In this document: positions 1 to 10,590 of the stretch, one piece after another
How positions within the stretch are numbered: the stretch's first letter is position 1
How the letters are laid out: every line of letters starts with the position of its first letter
UHGV virus genome: UHGV-0178594
Direction: 5' to 3' (one strand)
Length of the DNA: 64,000 bases
Source: a virus
Program-made: the position numbers and the translations under genes
Notes under the pieces: model-generated
Seen by the model: the letters and a program-made list of their open reading frames with translations, nothing else
The model's database searches: none
What the model was told of the DNA's origin: nothing

Positions 1-600
1 GATATTGGCGCTGCCATCAAATGACACTCCGCCGATTGTGCGTGCCGTCTGAAGTTTCGTTGCGGTTGCAGCATTACCTGTTGTGTTCTGGTTACCGGCA
101 ATGTTCACACCCGGCAGGTTGATATTGGCGCTGCCATCAAATGACACTCCGCCGATTGTGCGTGCCGTCTGAAGTTTCGTTGCGGTTGCAGCATTGCCGG
201 TAGTGCTCTGATTACCTGTTTTATTCACGCCTGGCAGGTCGATATTGGCGCTGCCATCAAATGACACTCCGCCGATTGTGCGTGCCGTCTGAAGTTTCGT
301 TGCGGTTGCAGCATTACCTGTTGTGTTCTGGTTACCGGCAATGTTCACACCCGGCAGGTTGATATTGGCGCTGCCATCAAATGACACTCCGCCGATTGTG
401 CGTGCCGTCTGAAGTTTCGTTGCGGTTGCAGCATTGCCGGTAGTGCTCTGATTACCTGTTTTATTCACGCCTGGCAGGTCGATATTGGCGCTGCCATCAA
501 ATGACACCCCGCCGATTGTGCGTGCCGTCTTGAGCTTTGTCGCAGTATCTGCGTTTCCCGTCAAATTACCTGTAATGCCACCACTAACTGTTACCCCATT
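1..600. repeat. Tandem coding repeats inside tail-fibre gene: 1-240 identical to 241-480, each made of two diverged 120-bp units; diverged copies continue to ~960
   Basis: Direct comparison of sequence lines 1-240 and 241-480 shows identity; unit starts GATATTGGCGCTGCCATCAAATGACAC. Confidence 0.9.
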
Positions 601-2262
601 ACCGATCGACACCAACCCAGTTCTTAAATTTATAGCAAAAGGTCTTAATGGGCCGATGTCACCATTTTCTCCCTCACCTTCATTTGTCGGGATAAGATGC
701 AGAGATTCCTCGGATCTCCTGAAGATAAGGCCAAAGTCCTGGTTAAATATTCGAAGGGCATTTATTGTGCCAATTTTTAGCTGCCCCCCCATTGTGTCGC
801 CAGAACGCTGAACTGCGTTACCAGCTTGAGAAGCAATATCCGTTAAGCCAAGATCTTCAGGGGTCAGAGTAATATCTGCCGACCCATCAAATGCCACACC
901 GTTAATCTTTCTGGCTGTTTTTAATTTCGTCGCAGTATCGGCGTTCCCGGTCAGCGTACCAGTGATCCCCGCGCTGAAAGTCTGGCGTGCACTCCAGGTA
1001 TTAGCTGTGCTCAACAGGGGGAGCTTTTCTCCGCTGGTTCCGAGTTCTCTTAAACCAAGGTATTGGATAACAGCCAGTGTGCTTGTTTTAGCAAGAATAT
1101 CGCGACCGACTGACGTTAAATCAGTCTGGGCTACAGTGTCTGTTCCGGTAAAGTACGGTAATTTATTTGCCCCCGTCGCCAGGCCAGCGAGCGCGGTTAA
1201 GGTTGCGTCGAGAGGCTGCTTACCTGCCAGGGCATTTGTCATTGTAGTCGCAAAGTTCGGGTCATTGCCCAGCGCCGCAGCAAGCTCATTAAGAGTATCA
1301 AGAGCTTCTGGTGATGAGCCGACCAATGCAGAAATAGCGGCACGAACATAAGCGGTTGTTGCAATCTGAGTGTTGTTCGTACCTTGTGACGCCGTAGGAG
1401 CTGTTGGAACCCCCGTAAATGCCGGGCTTAATAACGGCGCTTTAAGAGCTAAAGCATCATTAATCGTCTGGCTAAACTGGGGATCATTGTTTATTGCATC
1501 TGCAATTTTTTTCAGCGTATCCAACGCTGAAGGAGAACCATCAATAAGGGCGGTTATAGCGGCCTGAACAAAGGCAGCGTTTGCGATTTGTGTACTGTTT
1601 GTACCTTGTTCCGGAGTTGGAGATGTAGGGATACCTATAAATTCCGGGCTATCAACCGGAGCTTTAAGTTTATTTAACGTGCTGATAGCAAGGGGGGTTG
1701 CAGCTTTATATTCTTCGTCACTATCCAAAGCACTGGAGAACTCAACACCTACAGCACGATTAGCGCGATATTTAGTGCTAATCATATCTGCGGTAACGGC
1801 TTGAGCATTGTCAGGCACGATCACTCGGCATAGCTCAATCTGGTTAGATGCTATGCCCTCATCAACGAGAGCTATAATTCTCGCAGCACTAATATCCGAT
1901 GAACTATCTACCTGGCTGGTTTTCACTCCATGTTCGTAATTAGCTTCAAGAACGATGATTGTCGTTACACCTGCTTCTACAGGAACAACAACATCACTGA
2001 CTTGCTGCACGGATATCTGACATTTACCCACGTCAACTGAAGCCGCCCCTCTTCCCTCTGTTTTCTCGGATGTAATCCGCACAAACAGGCCATCCCCTGG
2101 CACCGGTTCAAACCCACAGTACACACCGGGCAGAACGATATTTTTCATCTTCCTGTTTAGAGCTTCGGTGCTATACAGCTCAAAGTATTGCATGTCTGCA
2201 ATTAGTGGAGCGGAAATGTCCGAAGATAAGGTGACAATGTTCTTTACTTTATCTGCGCACAT
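1..2262 (-). CDS. Tail fibre protein, partial (C-terminal end runs off the window); ~40-aa phage tail-fibre repeats
   Basis: Minus-strand ATG at 2262-2260; no complete minus ORF is listed here although the reverse translation reads through repeats of the type ..TGNADTATKLKTARTIGGVSFDGSANI..; plus-strand ORFs at 485-1567 are antisense artefacts. Confidence 0.6.
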   Translation of the reverse strand, partial: MCADKVKNIVTLSSDISAPLIADMQYFELYSTEALNRKMKNIVLPGVYCGFEPVPGDGLFVRITSEKTEGRGAASVDVGKCQISVQQVSDVVVPVEAGVTTIIVLEANYEHGVKTSQVDSSSDISAARIIALVDEGIASNQIELCRVIVPDNAQAVTADMISTKYRANRAVGVEFSSALDSDEEYKAATPLAISTLNKLKAPVDSPEFIGIPTSPTPEQGTNSTQIANAAFVQAAITALIDGSPSALDTLKKIADAINNDPQFSQTINDALALKAPLLSPAFTGVPTAPTASQGTNNTQIATTAYVRAAISALVGSSPEALDTLNELAAALGNDPNFATTMTNALAGKQPLDATLTALAGLATGANKLPYFTGTDTVAQTDLTSVGRDILAKTSTLAVIQYLGLRELGTSGEKLPLLSTANTWSARQTFSAGITGTLTGNADTATKLKTARKINGVAFDGSADITLTPEDLGLTDIASQAGNAVQRSGDTMGGQLKIGTINALRIFNQDFGLIFRRSEESLHLIPTNEGEGENGDIGPLRPFAINLRTGLVSIGNGVTVSGGITGNLTGNADTATKLKTARTIGGVSFDGSANIDLPGVNKTGNQSTTGNAATATKLQTARTIGGVSFDGSANINLPGVNIAGNQNTTGNAATATKLQTARTIGGVSFDGSANIDLPGVNKTGNQSTTGNAATATKLQTARTIGGVSFDGSANINLPGVNIAGNQNTTGNAATATKLQTARTIGGVSFDGSANI

Positions 2263-2264
2263 AA

Positions 2265-2711
2265 TTATCCCTCGACCTGTTCAATGGTCATGAGCAAGCT
2301 GTATCGCTTACCTTTGAATAAGGTGTCCTGTTGAGTACAAACAACCCCAAAAGCCTGATCCTCTGCATCTACGAGAACCAGCGTATTGAAATCGTAAGGT
2401 GTATCGTCCGGCATCGTTTCTTGTGGAAAAGCGGCATTAATCGTAATGACACCATCGAGGCTGGAAAGAATGAGATTGGATTCAGCAAAATGCTGTGCAT
2501 CACTTAACTTGAAGTCGAGCGGAATATCAGAAATAGTCCAGCCACCAGCACTATTTACCGTCACAAGATCGGACTTGCACCAATAAGCCTTTGTCATAAC
2601 AAAACGCTCACCTCTGCCGATTGCAGACTCTGCACGGCGAGAGTAGTAGTAAGAAAGGAGTTGCGCCTTGTAAATACTGGAATCGCTTTGGGATTTTAAA
2701 GTTTCAGCCAT
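2265..2711 (-). CDS. Tail-associated protein immediately upstream of tail-fibre gene
   Basis: 148-aa ORF in the baseplate/tail-fibre operon; no recognised motif. Confidence 0.3.
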   Translation of the reverse strand: MAETLKSQSDSSIYKAQLLSYYYSRRAESAIGRGERFVMTKAYWCKSDLVTVNSAGGWTISDIPLDFKLSDAQHFAESNLILSSLDGVITINAAFPQETMPDDTPYDFNTLVLVDAEDQAFGVVCTQQDTLFKGKRYSLLMTIEQVEG

Positions 2712-2827
2712 ACGAACATAGCCCCTTTAACAAGCAATAAATCGAAGGGCAGTATGTTCAGTTTGTGATTTCCAGTGGTTTTTTGTTTTGAGAAATGGCC
2801 CCACCCAGGTTGGCGGGGCCTGGTTTG

Positions 2828-3670
2828 CTAAGGTGCAAAATTATAATCCAGCGCCCAGGCGTCGAGCGGGAGTTCATCGAGATGAAGCACTCTTTCCGTC
2901 GTCCGGTCTGGCCTTCCTGCGAACTGGATGCCGCCTATTTGAATGATCGTATCGCTAATAGATAGCTCATCGACCATCTCTTGCGTCGTGTACACCCCCT
3001 CAATAAAGGACACTTCCGCAGATAAGCAATTCAGGATCTCCGCCATTTCCGGCAATGTTGCGCTTAACTGGAAAGAAACACCATCAAACACGATATGCAA
3101 TGGCAATAGCGGCGCTATAACCGTATCAAAATCAGCAAGTAGCTTCTGTACAGCAACGTCTCGGTCATCGCTATCATAAGCTCGATACAGCTTATTTTGG
3201 TTGACGACAACCAGCCCTCTGGATGTCAGGAAAAACTCACCATATTGTGCCTGAGCGGTCGGTATTTCATTTGCGGTCGCGAAGAATGAACCATAGGGAT
3301 GTTTTTCTGTATCGACAGGCGCATACAAAGGTTCCCATGAGACGGGGATTGTGCCAAATTCACGCCAGAACGTTTGCTCTATCGGCCTTACTGTTCCTTT
3401 GAAGTGCACCTCATCCAGTCGTTGAGCTAATAGCATTGGCCTGCGTGTTTTGTCCGTTTCTGTGATAACAAAGAAACGACCATATTCAGCAATGCGAGTG
3501 TCCATATCCTCCCTTGCCATTGTGAAAAACGATTTACGGTTGCTTATTCGCGTGAGAATAGGTTCAACCGATTCATTCCACACGTCCTGAATCGTATCAA
3601 CAAAGGCGGCCCACAATTTAGAATCCTGTTTAAATTGCGTCAGACGCTCTTTTAGCCAGTTATTCTGCAT
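2828..3670 (-). CDS. Baseplate/tail protein (gpI-like position)
   Basis: 280-aa ORF; gene order W-like, J-like, this ORF, tail fibre resembles P2-type baseplate wedge modules. Confidence 0.3.
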   Translation of the reverse strand: MQNNWLKERLTQFKQDSKLWAAFVDTIQDVWNESVEPILTRISNRKSFFTMAREDMDTRIAEYGRFFVITETDKTRRPMLLAQRLDEVHFKGTVRPIEQTFWREFGTIPVSWEPLYAPVDTEKHPYGSFFATANEIPTAQAQYGEFFLTSRGLVVVNQNKLYRAYDSDDRDVAVQKLLADFDTVIAPLLPLHIVFDGVSFQLSATLPEMAEILNCLSAEVSFIEGVYTTQEMVDELSISDTIIQIGGIQFAGRPDRTTERVLHLDELPLDAWALDYNFAP

Positions 3671-3679
3671 TGTGACCTC

Positions 3680-5110
3680 TTACGGATAGGTTATGCTGAA
3701 CGTTGATGATTCCACGTCCAGATAAACAAAATCATTAAAGTACACAGCTTCTTTCATGTTCTGCGTAGCCACGTCATAAGACAGGAACATATCCAGCGAT
3801 TCGATTACTCGCCAGATATCTTTTACTTTGACCTGTGCATAACATTGCTGTGAATCGTCATCACTCTGCAATAGCTGGCTAAATGACATGGAGTCTTTAC
3901 CGAAGTTCTCCTCCAGTGCCGCTTTAATTGCAGTTAGCGCGTCATCCACCAGCACACTCTTTTTTACGATACCGGTAAATTTGATGTTGAACGGCTGTTC
4001 ATTGGTGGCGACGTATTCGAACTTCTTATTCAGCTCATTAGGGATACTCTCAAGGGCTGATAATATCTCTGTTTTCAGAGCTTCCTGTGTTACGCCGGGC
4101 TTGTGCCCACAAAAGAAAATTTTGTTGATATTACGCACATCAAAGCCCGTGATTTTCTCCTGTAGCGCCTCCCCCCACACGTTAAGCCATGACGTGCCAC
4201 TGACCACGTTCTGAATGAACTGTCGGTAATCACCGCCCCAAACAACCTGCTCATCGTAGGCCACATAATACTGCGCCCTGTTTCGGGTTTCCTCGGTAGT
4301 TTCCATGCCACCACCGCCAGAAATGATCGAATCGGTTTTTACTTCCAGTGATTCGACATACCCGGAGATGTTCCCTGCTGGTTCAAGTTTCTGGCCTTCA
4401 GCCAGCGTGTAATCACCGAGGCTTGCCATAATATCAATGCGTACCTGACTCCCTGCCGCTGGCATCATCCCCATTGATCCATCACCGAAGCGCACGCCGA
4501 TCTGTTCTGTCGGCTTATAAACCAACACATAATGTTTACTGTTATCCCTGGACATGCGGAACAGGGGGTTATGTGTCCATTTTTCCTCGACACCATTAGT
4601 TATCACGACAACTTCCAGGCTGGCGACTTCTGCTGTTAACTCACGGGAAAGTAACAGCGTCAAGAATGGTGTTTCTTGCACCACGTCGAACGTTACGCTG
4701 ACTGCTTCATGCTGTTTTACTTCTATGCCGGGTACTGTTTCACCAGCAGGGATAACAACACTACTGCTGGTTGCAATTGGTGTCTGGTCACTTGTCAGTA
4801 ATTCAGCCCCTCCGGGTAGCGTAATATCCCTGTCGGTTTTGTTGGTGATGGAAACAGTGCCGTATGACGCATCGACCAAACGACCGACATAGCCACGGTC
4901 TTCCGCTGCCGCGAGAATACTTGCTCTACGCGTCGCGGTGGAAATGAATCCTTCTGTAAGTGCACGGCTTGCAAATGTACGCGCAATATAAACAATCTGC
5001 GCGCCCAAAACGGACTGCATTTGAATAAACTGGCTGTTTACAAATCGCGCCCACCAGGGGTTTTCGTTCAGCTTGGCATTAAACTTGTCCAGTAATTCGG
5101 TAATACTCAC
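3680..5110 (-). CDS. Baseplate protein (gpJ-like position)
   Basis: 476-aa ORF between a W-sized ORF and the tail-fibre block; call is by position and size only. Confidence 0.35.
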   Translation of the reverse strand: MSITELLDKFNAKLNENPWWARFVNSQFIQMQSVLGAQIVYIARTFASRALTEGFISTATRRASILAAAEDRGYVGRLVDASYGTVSITNKTDRDITLPGGAELLTSDQTPIATSSSVVIPAGETVPGIEVKQHEAVSVTFDVVQETPFLTLLLSRELTAEVASLEVVVITNGVEEKWTHNPLFRMSRDNSKHYVLVYKPTEQIGVRFGDGSMGMMPAAGSQVRIDIMASLGDYTLAEGQKLEPAGNISGYVESLEVKTDSIISGGGGMETTEETRNRAQYYVAYDEQVVWGGDYRQFIQNVVSGTSWLNVWGEALQEKITGFDVRNINKIFFCGHKPGVTQEALKTEILSALESIPNELNKKFEYVATNEQPFNIKFTGIVKKSVLVDDALTAIKAALEENFGKDSMSFSQLLQSDDDSQQCYAQVKVKDIWRVIESLDMFLSYDVATQNMKEAVYFNDFVYLDVESSTFSITYP

Positions 5111-5481
5111 GCTGTATCTCCGCTATCTTTCTGCATAACAACATTCACGGTGCCTCCTTTTGCCTGGAAGCTAATTAGTAACTGGTCTTCAGAGACAGTC
5201 GCGCAGCGGATCGCCTGGAGTCCAAGCCCTGGTAAGTCCTGCTGTAGCTTCGTCATCATTCGCGCTTCAATCGCCACTTCAACAATGTGTGACGTATCAG
5301 AACCGAAGGGTTCGTGTTTGAACTCCTCCATCGGATTCCCCCATGACGGCAATCCGTAAACGCTGCCATTTGGTGTCCGTAGCCATTCATCGAGTCGGGC
5401 TATCCAGGCGTTTGTGTCGCCTTCAGCGATCACCACCCCGCTCTCGTTTGTCTGAAGGCGGGCATCAATCTCATAAAGCAT
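5107..5481 (-). CDS. Baseplate wedge protein (gpW-like size/position)
   Basis: 124-aa ORF, 4-bp overlap with the downstream gene. Confidence 0.3.
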   Translation of the reverse strand: MLYEIDARLQTNESGVVIAEGDTNAWIARLDEWLRTPNGSVYGLPSWGNPMEEFKHEPFGSDTSHIVEVAIEARMMTKLQQDLPGLGLQAIRCATVSEDQLLISFQAKGGTVNVVMQKDSGDTA

Positions 5482-5486
5482 CAGTC

Positions 5487-8400
5487 TTAATCCTCCAGTA
5501 ATTTGTCAAGAGATGGGTCATTGATAGTCGTGCTGGCACGCTGACGAGGTTGTGGTTGTGATGTGTTCACAACTTTGTCCTGATCGCCTTTGCGGTTGTC
5601 TTTGCTTACGCCAAGAATCTCTTTGAGAACGGAATAAACGTTCTCCAGTGCTTTCAACATAGCCGGATCGTTATTTGCGGTATCTGTTGTTAGCATCTGC
5701 CTTATTCCGCTTCGTGCGAGGTCCGTGACGGTTGGTAGCTGAGGAGGCATTGCAAGGAACGGTTCTTTAGCAGCCACGCCCGAAGCAAACAGGCTTTGAT
5801 TGATTGCGCCAGTCGTGTCCCTGATCGTATCCGCCGTTTTCTGTATGCCACCATTCAGCCAACCGCCAACACTCCTTGTTAACGGACTAATAGCGCGAGC
5901 AACATCGGTATTCTGTCCAGAGGACTGCAATACAAAGTCATTTAACATTCCGGTGCTATCAATACCGCCCACAAGTCGCGAGAGGTTATCTCCAACGGCG
6001 GGGAGGACGGCGGAGCCTACCTGGTTAAGCCCTGACACAGTTGAATCAAATAGCGAGCCAAAGAAGCCCCTGTCCTCACCTTCAACCACCTTGTAGCCGT
6101 TGTCGTAAATCTGCACACCCGCCGGTGTCGATGTGGCACGCTTCTCGCTGATGGTTGCCGGACTCTCCGGAAGCAGGTCAATGGTTTCTGTATCGCGGTT
6201 AACGTTGCGCTTTTGCTGTATAGCCGTAGTGATATCGGCGATCGGTTCCGCCTTCTGGAAACTAAAGTTTTTGCCCGTTGCTCTGGATATTTTTTCAACA
6301 AGAAACTTATCCAATTGCTTGGCTTTTGCTGCTAACGAGGACATCTCTTCCGGAGAACTGGCAGGGCCGAGATTTAGCCCCATATTGGGATCTCCCCCAA
6401 CTATCCCGGCGATGACGCCCCCAACACCGTCTGCACTCATTAACCGCTCCGTCAATCCGGCTGCGGCGGAAGAATTGCCACTAGCTTTCGCGTGGCTGAT
6501 CGCTTGGGCATTTTCCTGTTGAGCTGCCTTCGGTTTTTTAGCTGCCTGTGCGTGTTGAACCACGTCAGTAGGGCTAGGCATTACAGCCTGGGCTACGCTT
6601 GACGCAGGAATAGCAGAAGATGAGCCGTTGGCGTATTTGACTTTGCTACCGACACTATATTGGGAGTTGCGAGCGATTAGAGGACCGCCCTTTTCCTTCT
6701 GGATTTTATTAATGTGTTCCAGCGTTTCATCATTGAATTGCCCTTCCCAACGCCCAGTTTTAGCGTTGAATGAACCAAGAGCTGTTTTGATGAAATTGTT
6801 GTTAACCGCCGGGTTACCCCCCTCCTTCGTCGCAATAGCGCGAACAAGGTGCGTCATAACTTCAGGGTTGCTAACGTCTATTTTATCGTTGGGGGATACC
6901 CCTAGATATTTGCTGACGTTTTCAATGTACTGATTGGTGTTGTTCTCTGTTGGTGGTGCCCATTTTGAAATGATGCTGGATACTGTTTGCAGCTTCTGAT
7001 ACCCAGCGGCAGCACTTGTACCGTTGTAATAACTCGATACCTGGTTTGCCAATGCCCGAATCCCTTCTTCGGGCGTATTAAACCGCGCAAAACGCTGTTC
7101 GCCTTTCGCGTTCGGCGCTTCCAGTACCGCCCCCTCCTGATTTGCAAAAACCAGGTTCCCCAGGTTGTTATTCCGGTAATTCCTGTTCTTGGCGTTGCTT
7201 CCGCCTATATTCAGATCAGTCGTTATTGTATTTTTTTCAGGCGCTTTAAATTCGTCTGGCGATTTGTAGCCGTGTTCACCCACGCCATCCTCACCTCTGC
7301 GCCCGCCCTGTAGCTGTCGGGACAGATCATTAATTGCGGCTACCGTTTGCTTGGTGCCATCTTCAACGGCTTTCTTAACCTGCGCAGTGCCTTCGCTGCT
7401 TGATGAGAACGATTCTTTTAGGCTGCTGAATGCGTTCTTCGACGCGTCGATAGAACTATTTATGCCGCGAGCAATATTGCTGGTATCAAGACTCTGAAGT
7501 TTTTGTCCGACACCTTCAAAGCCTAGCGCGGACATCCCCTCGCCAATGAGGTTAGCCGCTCCCGTCACCAGACCGCCCATATCCAGGACGTTAGCAGCGG
7601 CGTAGGCGCTCTTTTGCTGTGTTGTAACGTCCTGCCCTTCCTTCAGGTTATAAGTCGCCCTCTGCGCTTCTGTGTCGCTGTAGCCGTCTACGGCATCATA
7701 ACCAACCATAGCCACCTGGCCGATGACTGGAATCGCCCTGAATCCGGCCCTTGCGGCAACACCTCCGGCAGCTTTGAGAGCCACTTTTCCAGCTTCTTTT
7801 TTCGCGATGTTTTCACCAGTGGCAACGGCAACCTTACCCGCCTCTTTCCTGGTAAGGCTTTCCCCAGCGGAAGTTGCCGCTTTACCAGCGTCTTTCCCTG
7901 CCGCTCCACCAGCCGCCGTTTTGGCTACGCTTTCTTCAGTGACCTTACCTGCTCTGGTTTTAACTGAAGATTTATCACCCGATGATTTTGGTGAGGTACT
8001 ACCCTCGTTCCCACCAGCATTTTTTGTCCGATTTTTTTCCTCGCCCGCACTGTTGTTTTTGCCTGGCTGATTTTTTTTCCCCTCTTTGCCTTCCTGACTC
8101 CTGCCCGTCTCAGTAGGTTTGCTGGTGTTTTTTCCCTTCTTGCCCTTGTTTTCTTTACTGTCTCCAGTGCGGCCCGTGTTGCCACCACGTGCACTGCTAC
8201 GACCGCGTGTAGGGGATATTTTGGTACGTAATCTGCCACCGCCGAGGAGGTCGCTCAGTTTTAGCCCACTCTCCTGGGACTTTCGTAGCTTCCGGATCTC
8301 TTCGGATACAGTTTCCAGCTCATCAATTATCTGGCTGTCGTTGCGTTGAAGAACTTTCGTTTGTTCTTCGATCGCACGCACAGATTTTTCTTTAACGGCT

Positions 8401-9350
8401 TCAGTAAATGCCTTTGCTGAACCGGGCGCGTTATCTGGAGTCTTCCTTTCATTGTCAGGTGCCGGGTAAGTAATGGCGGGGGCTTTTGCGACCACCGGTG
8501 CGCCAGCCGCCTTGTCGTTGCCATTATCTATCCATTCTTTCAATGATTTAGCCTTACCAGTAATCTCGCGGCTGATATCAAATACGCCCCGTGCTGCCAT
8601 CCATAGTGGACCACCAGCCCCTACCCCGGCAGCATCGGTTACAGCTCCATCGTCGGCTTTCCCTGAACCATCAACCCCCATAATGGAACCGAGTTTTCGC
8701 AGGAACCCAACCTGTAGTTTTGCCTGTGCGCGTAGCTCATTCTGGCGTGCGAGATCCTCGTTTTTTTTCTGAGAGGCAAATCGTCCGTTGCTATCCCGTA
8801 ACGGTGCACCAGAGGTGCTCTGGCTTTCTCTAACTGGTTGTTCTTGCCTTGCAGGCTGAATGTCAGGAGTGAGCAACTGAATGCGCTCAGGCGATGACTT
8901 CGTGGCTTTGCCTTCAGCCAGCGGTGCTGTTTTTGATTCCGAATGAGCGGTGCGGTGATCTGCTGCTGCTTTTTGCGGATTATCTATCTCGCTAGTGTTG
9001 TTTATACGTAATCTCTGTTTCCTGGTAGGGAGCCGGTCTTTATACGGCCCCTGTGTGAAACTGTTGCGTTGCGCCCCTGCTTTCCCTGTTCGGGCCAGGC
9101 GACGACTTACGCGTCCTTGTGGTGCGTCGCTGGTATCAGGATTGCGTCCGTAAGACTCAAGTGCTTTTTTTATTTCTGAAAGCGCAGCTAGCTCTTTCGC
9201 GTTTGCCGTTTGTATTGCGTCGATTATCGCTATTCGGTCTTTTTTATCGTTCAAAATAACCTCACTTACATCGGCGGTGATCACCCTGTTTTTTTGGCGT
9301 GGGCTTTGTATTTCTCTTCCAGTGCTTTTTCCATATGGAGTGCCCGCCAC
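5487..9350 (-). CDS. Large tail protein, tape-measure / Sit-like (injection protein) candidate
   Basis: 1287-aa ORF with long K/G/A/E-rich low-complexity centre and a C-terminal globular part (..NYRNNNLGNLVF..WAPPTENNTNQY..); sits just upstream of the baseplate genes. Confidence 0.45.
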   Translation of the reverse strand: MAGTPYGKSTGREIQSPRQKNRVITADVSEVILNDKKDRIAIIDAIQTANAKELAALSEIKKALESYGRNPDTSDAPQGRVSRRLARTGKAGAQRNSFTQGPYKDRLPTRKQRLRINNTSEIDNPQKAAADHRTAHSESKTAPLAEGKATKSSPERIQLLTPDIQPARQEQPVRESQSTSGAPLRDSNGRFASQKKNEDLARQNELRAQAKLQVGFLRKLGSIMGVDGSGKADDGAVTDAAGVGAGGPLWMAARGVFDISREITGKAKSLKEWIDNGNDKAAGAPVVAKAPAITYPAPDNERKTPDNAPGSAKAFTEAVKEKSVRAIEEQTKVLQRNDSQIIDELETVSEEIRKLRKSQESGLKLSDLLGGGRLRTKISPTRGRSSARGGNTGRTGDSKENKGKKGKNTSKPTETGRSQEGKEGKKNQPGKNNSAGEEKNRTKNAGGNEGSTSPKSSGDKSSVKTRAGKVTEESVAKTAAGGAAGKDAGKAATSAGESLTRKEAGKVAVATGENIAKKEAGKVALKAAGGVAARAGFRAIPVIGQVAMVGYDAVDGYSDTEAQRATYNLKEGQDVTTQQKSAYAAANVLDMGGLVTGAANLIGEGMSALGFEGVGQKLQSLDTSNIARGINSSIDASKNAFSSLKESFSSSSEGTAQVKKAVEDGTKQTVAAINDLSRQLQGGRRGEDGVGEHGYKSPDEFKAPEKNTITTDLNIGGSNAKNRNYRNNNLGNLVFANQEGAVLEAPNAKGEQRFARFNTPEEGIRALANQVSSYYNGTSAAAGYQKLQTVSSIISKWAPPTENNTNQYIENVSKYLGVSPNDKIDVSNPEVMTHLVRAIATKEGGNPAVNNNFIKTALGSFNAKTGRWEGQFNDETLEHINKIQKEKGGPLIARNSQYSVGSKVKYANGSSSAIPASSVAQAVMPSPTDVVQHAQAAKKPKAAQQENAQAISHAKASGNSSAAAGLTERLMSADGVGGVIAGIVGGDPNMGLNLGPASSPEEMSSLAAKAKQLDKFLVEKISRATGKNFSFQKAEPIADITTAIQQKRNVNRDTETIDLLPESPATISEKRATSTPAGVQIYDNGYKVVEGEDRGFFGSLFDSTVSGLNQVGSAVLPAVGDNLSRLVGGIDSTGMLNDFVLQSSGQNTDVARAISPLTRSVGGWLNGGIQKTADTIRDTTGAINQSLFASGVAAKEPFLAMPPQLPTVTDLARSGIRQMLTTDTANNDPAMLKALENVYSVLKEILGVSKDNRKGDQDKVVNTSQPQPRQRASTTINDPSLDKLLED

Positions 9351-9401
9351 TGCGGTAATTGTTCAACGTCACTAACTGGCTGGTAGCCGTATAACGTCAG
9401 G

Positions 9402-10226
9402 TTATTGATAATGGTTAGCCATCCATTCAGATCTAATTGATGGGATAAACTCTCTATTGAGAAATGGGGCGTACAGCGTGGTAGTCACGTCTGCACCCTC
9501 CTTAGCGTTTTTGCAGCGTTGTGGCGGTAGGATCAGGCGGCTTGTGCCTCGTTCAATAGCCATTTTTAAGCCGTGGCGAAGGTCTTTCTGCATGAGCTGA
9601 ATGCGAGCTACCAGAGGGGTAAACTCGGTTTCCAGAGCCATGTTTTCAATGATATCGAATCGTCTGTTTGCAGCTTGTGTGAAGTCTTCTGGATCGTCGT
9701 TCAGAGATGTACACAAGGCCAACTCAGCTATGCGGAGACGAGCAACCTCAGCACTGTACTCTGGAGTTTTCATATCAGGCAAAGTGGCGCGCATACGCTC
9801 AAGCAATTCAGCTCCTTTCCCTGTTAGTGGTTTAAGCGTCCACTCGGTTGGTACTCCGTTTATAGGGACCATAGTTTTAATAAACGGCGGGACAGTCAGG
9901 ATTTCTACCGTTTCGGCAAGGTCTGAAAGGTTAATATCTGCGTGATGAACGTTTCCACAGTGACCACACTCGTATGAGTAAGTCATGACGGCATCAGGCC
10001 TGGAATTAACAAAGATCCACCAAAGCGCGGTTCTGCGATCCTGAACTGTCCAGTTTGAGCTGTCGTTAATTTCGCCGTCTTGCATAGCATTGAGGTATTC
10101 TGTTGTGGTTGCCTCGTCTTCTGCCGGATTGATGTCTGAATATTTCAGGGCATCTTTCACAGTAGGTGCATGAAACTGAATTTCTATTTCAGGCTGTGAA
10201 GGCAATGGGAATTTGGGAATGTTCAA
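9402..10226 (-). CDS. Hypothetical protein with CxxC..H motif (YECGHCGNVHH)
   Basis: 274-aa ORF; no family recognised. Confidence 0.3.
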   Translation of the reverse strand: MNIPKFPLPSQPEIEIQFHAPTVKDALKYSDINPAEDEATTTEYLNAMQDGEINDSSNWTVQDRRTALWWIFVNSRPDAVMTYSYECGHCGNVHHADINLSDLAETVEILTVPPFIKTMVPINGVPTEWTLKPLTGKGAELLERMRATLPDMKTPEYSAEVARLRIAELALCTSLNDDPEDFTQAANRRFDIIENMALETEFTPLVARIQLMQKDLRHGLKMAIERGTSRLILPPQRCKNAKEGADVTTTLYAPFLNREFIPSIRSEWMANHYQ

Positions 10227-10330
10227 GGATTCCTCCGAAAGCTAGGTTCAGTTAGTTTTTCAGAGGATAGGGAGTGTGTGATTTGTGGGAGTATTGAATA
10301 AGGATCTTTGTCGATCGAACAGCAACTATT

Positions 10331-10590
10331 GAGGGTGATTTTTACACCTTAAGTGACGCAATTCACATATCCACAGAGTATTTTTATAAACCTTTTTCTC
10401 TTTTTAATCCTTTTTAGATCCTTTTTAGGCATCGCGGAGGCCAGGGGTGGCGGGGCTTGTAGAGGACCAAGGTGTAAGATTTGCCCTCAATTAAGCTATT
10501 GAGGTGTAAGATTTGCCCTCAGCAGGTGTAAGATTTGCCCTCAAAAGGTGTAGTAATTGCCCTCAAAGTGATGTAAAAATTGCCCTCACC
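10331..10590. promoter_or_regulatory. Plasmid origin region: DnaA-box-like ATATCCACA (10367-10375), AT-rich tract, five ~22-bp-spaced iterons GGTGTAAGATTTGCCCTCA (10471, 10503, 10525, 10547, 10568)
   Basis: Repeats read directly; the last iteron overlaps the repA start region. Confidence 0.6.

Noticed and set aside
1-600. Possibility that the regular repeats are a CRISPR array
   Set aside because: Units are 120 bp, contiguous without spacers, and are in-frame coding sequence of a tail-fibre gene
485-1567. Plus-strand ORFs (108, 129, 65 aa) inside the tail-fibre repeat region
   Set aside because: They are antisense to a long open minus-strand frame and arise from the repeat periodicity; low-complexity P/V/S-rich translations
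5800-8772. Multiple plus-strand ORFs (98-129 aa) within the 1287-aa tail protein gene
   Set aside because: Antisense to a continuous large minus-strand ORF; proline/serine-rich translations typical of the reverse frame of a K/G/A/E-rich gene
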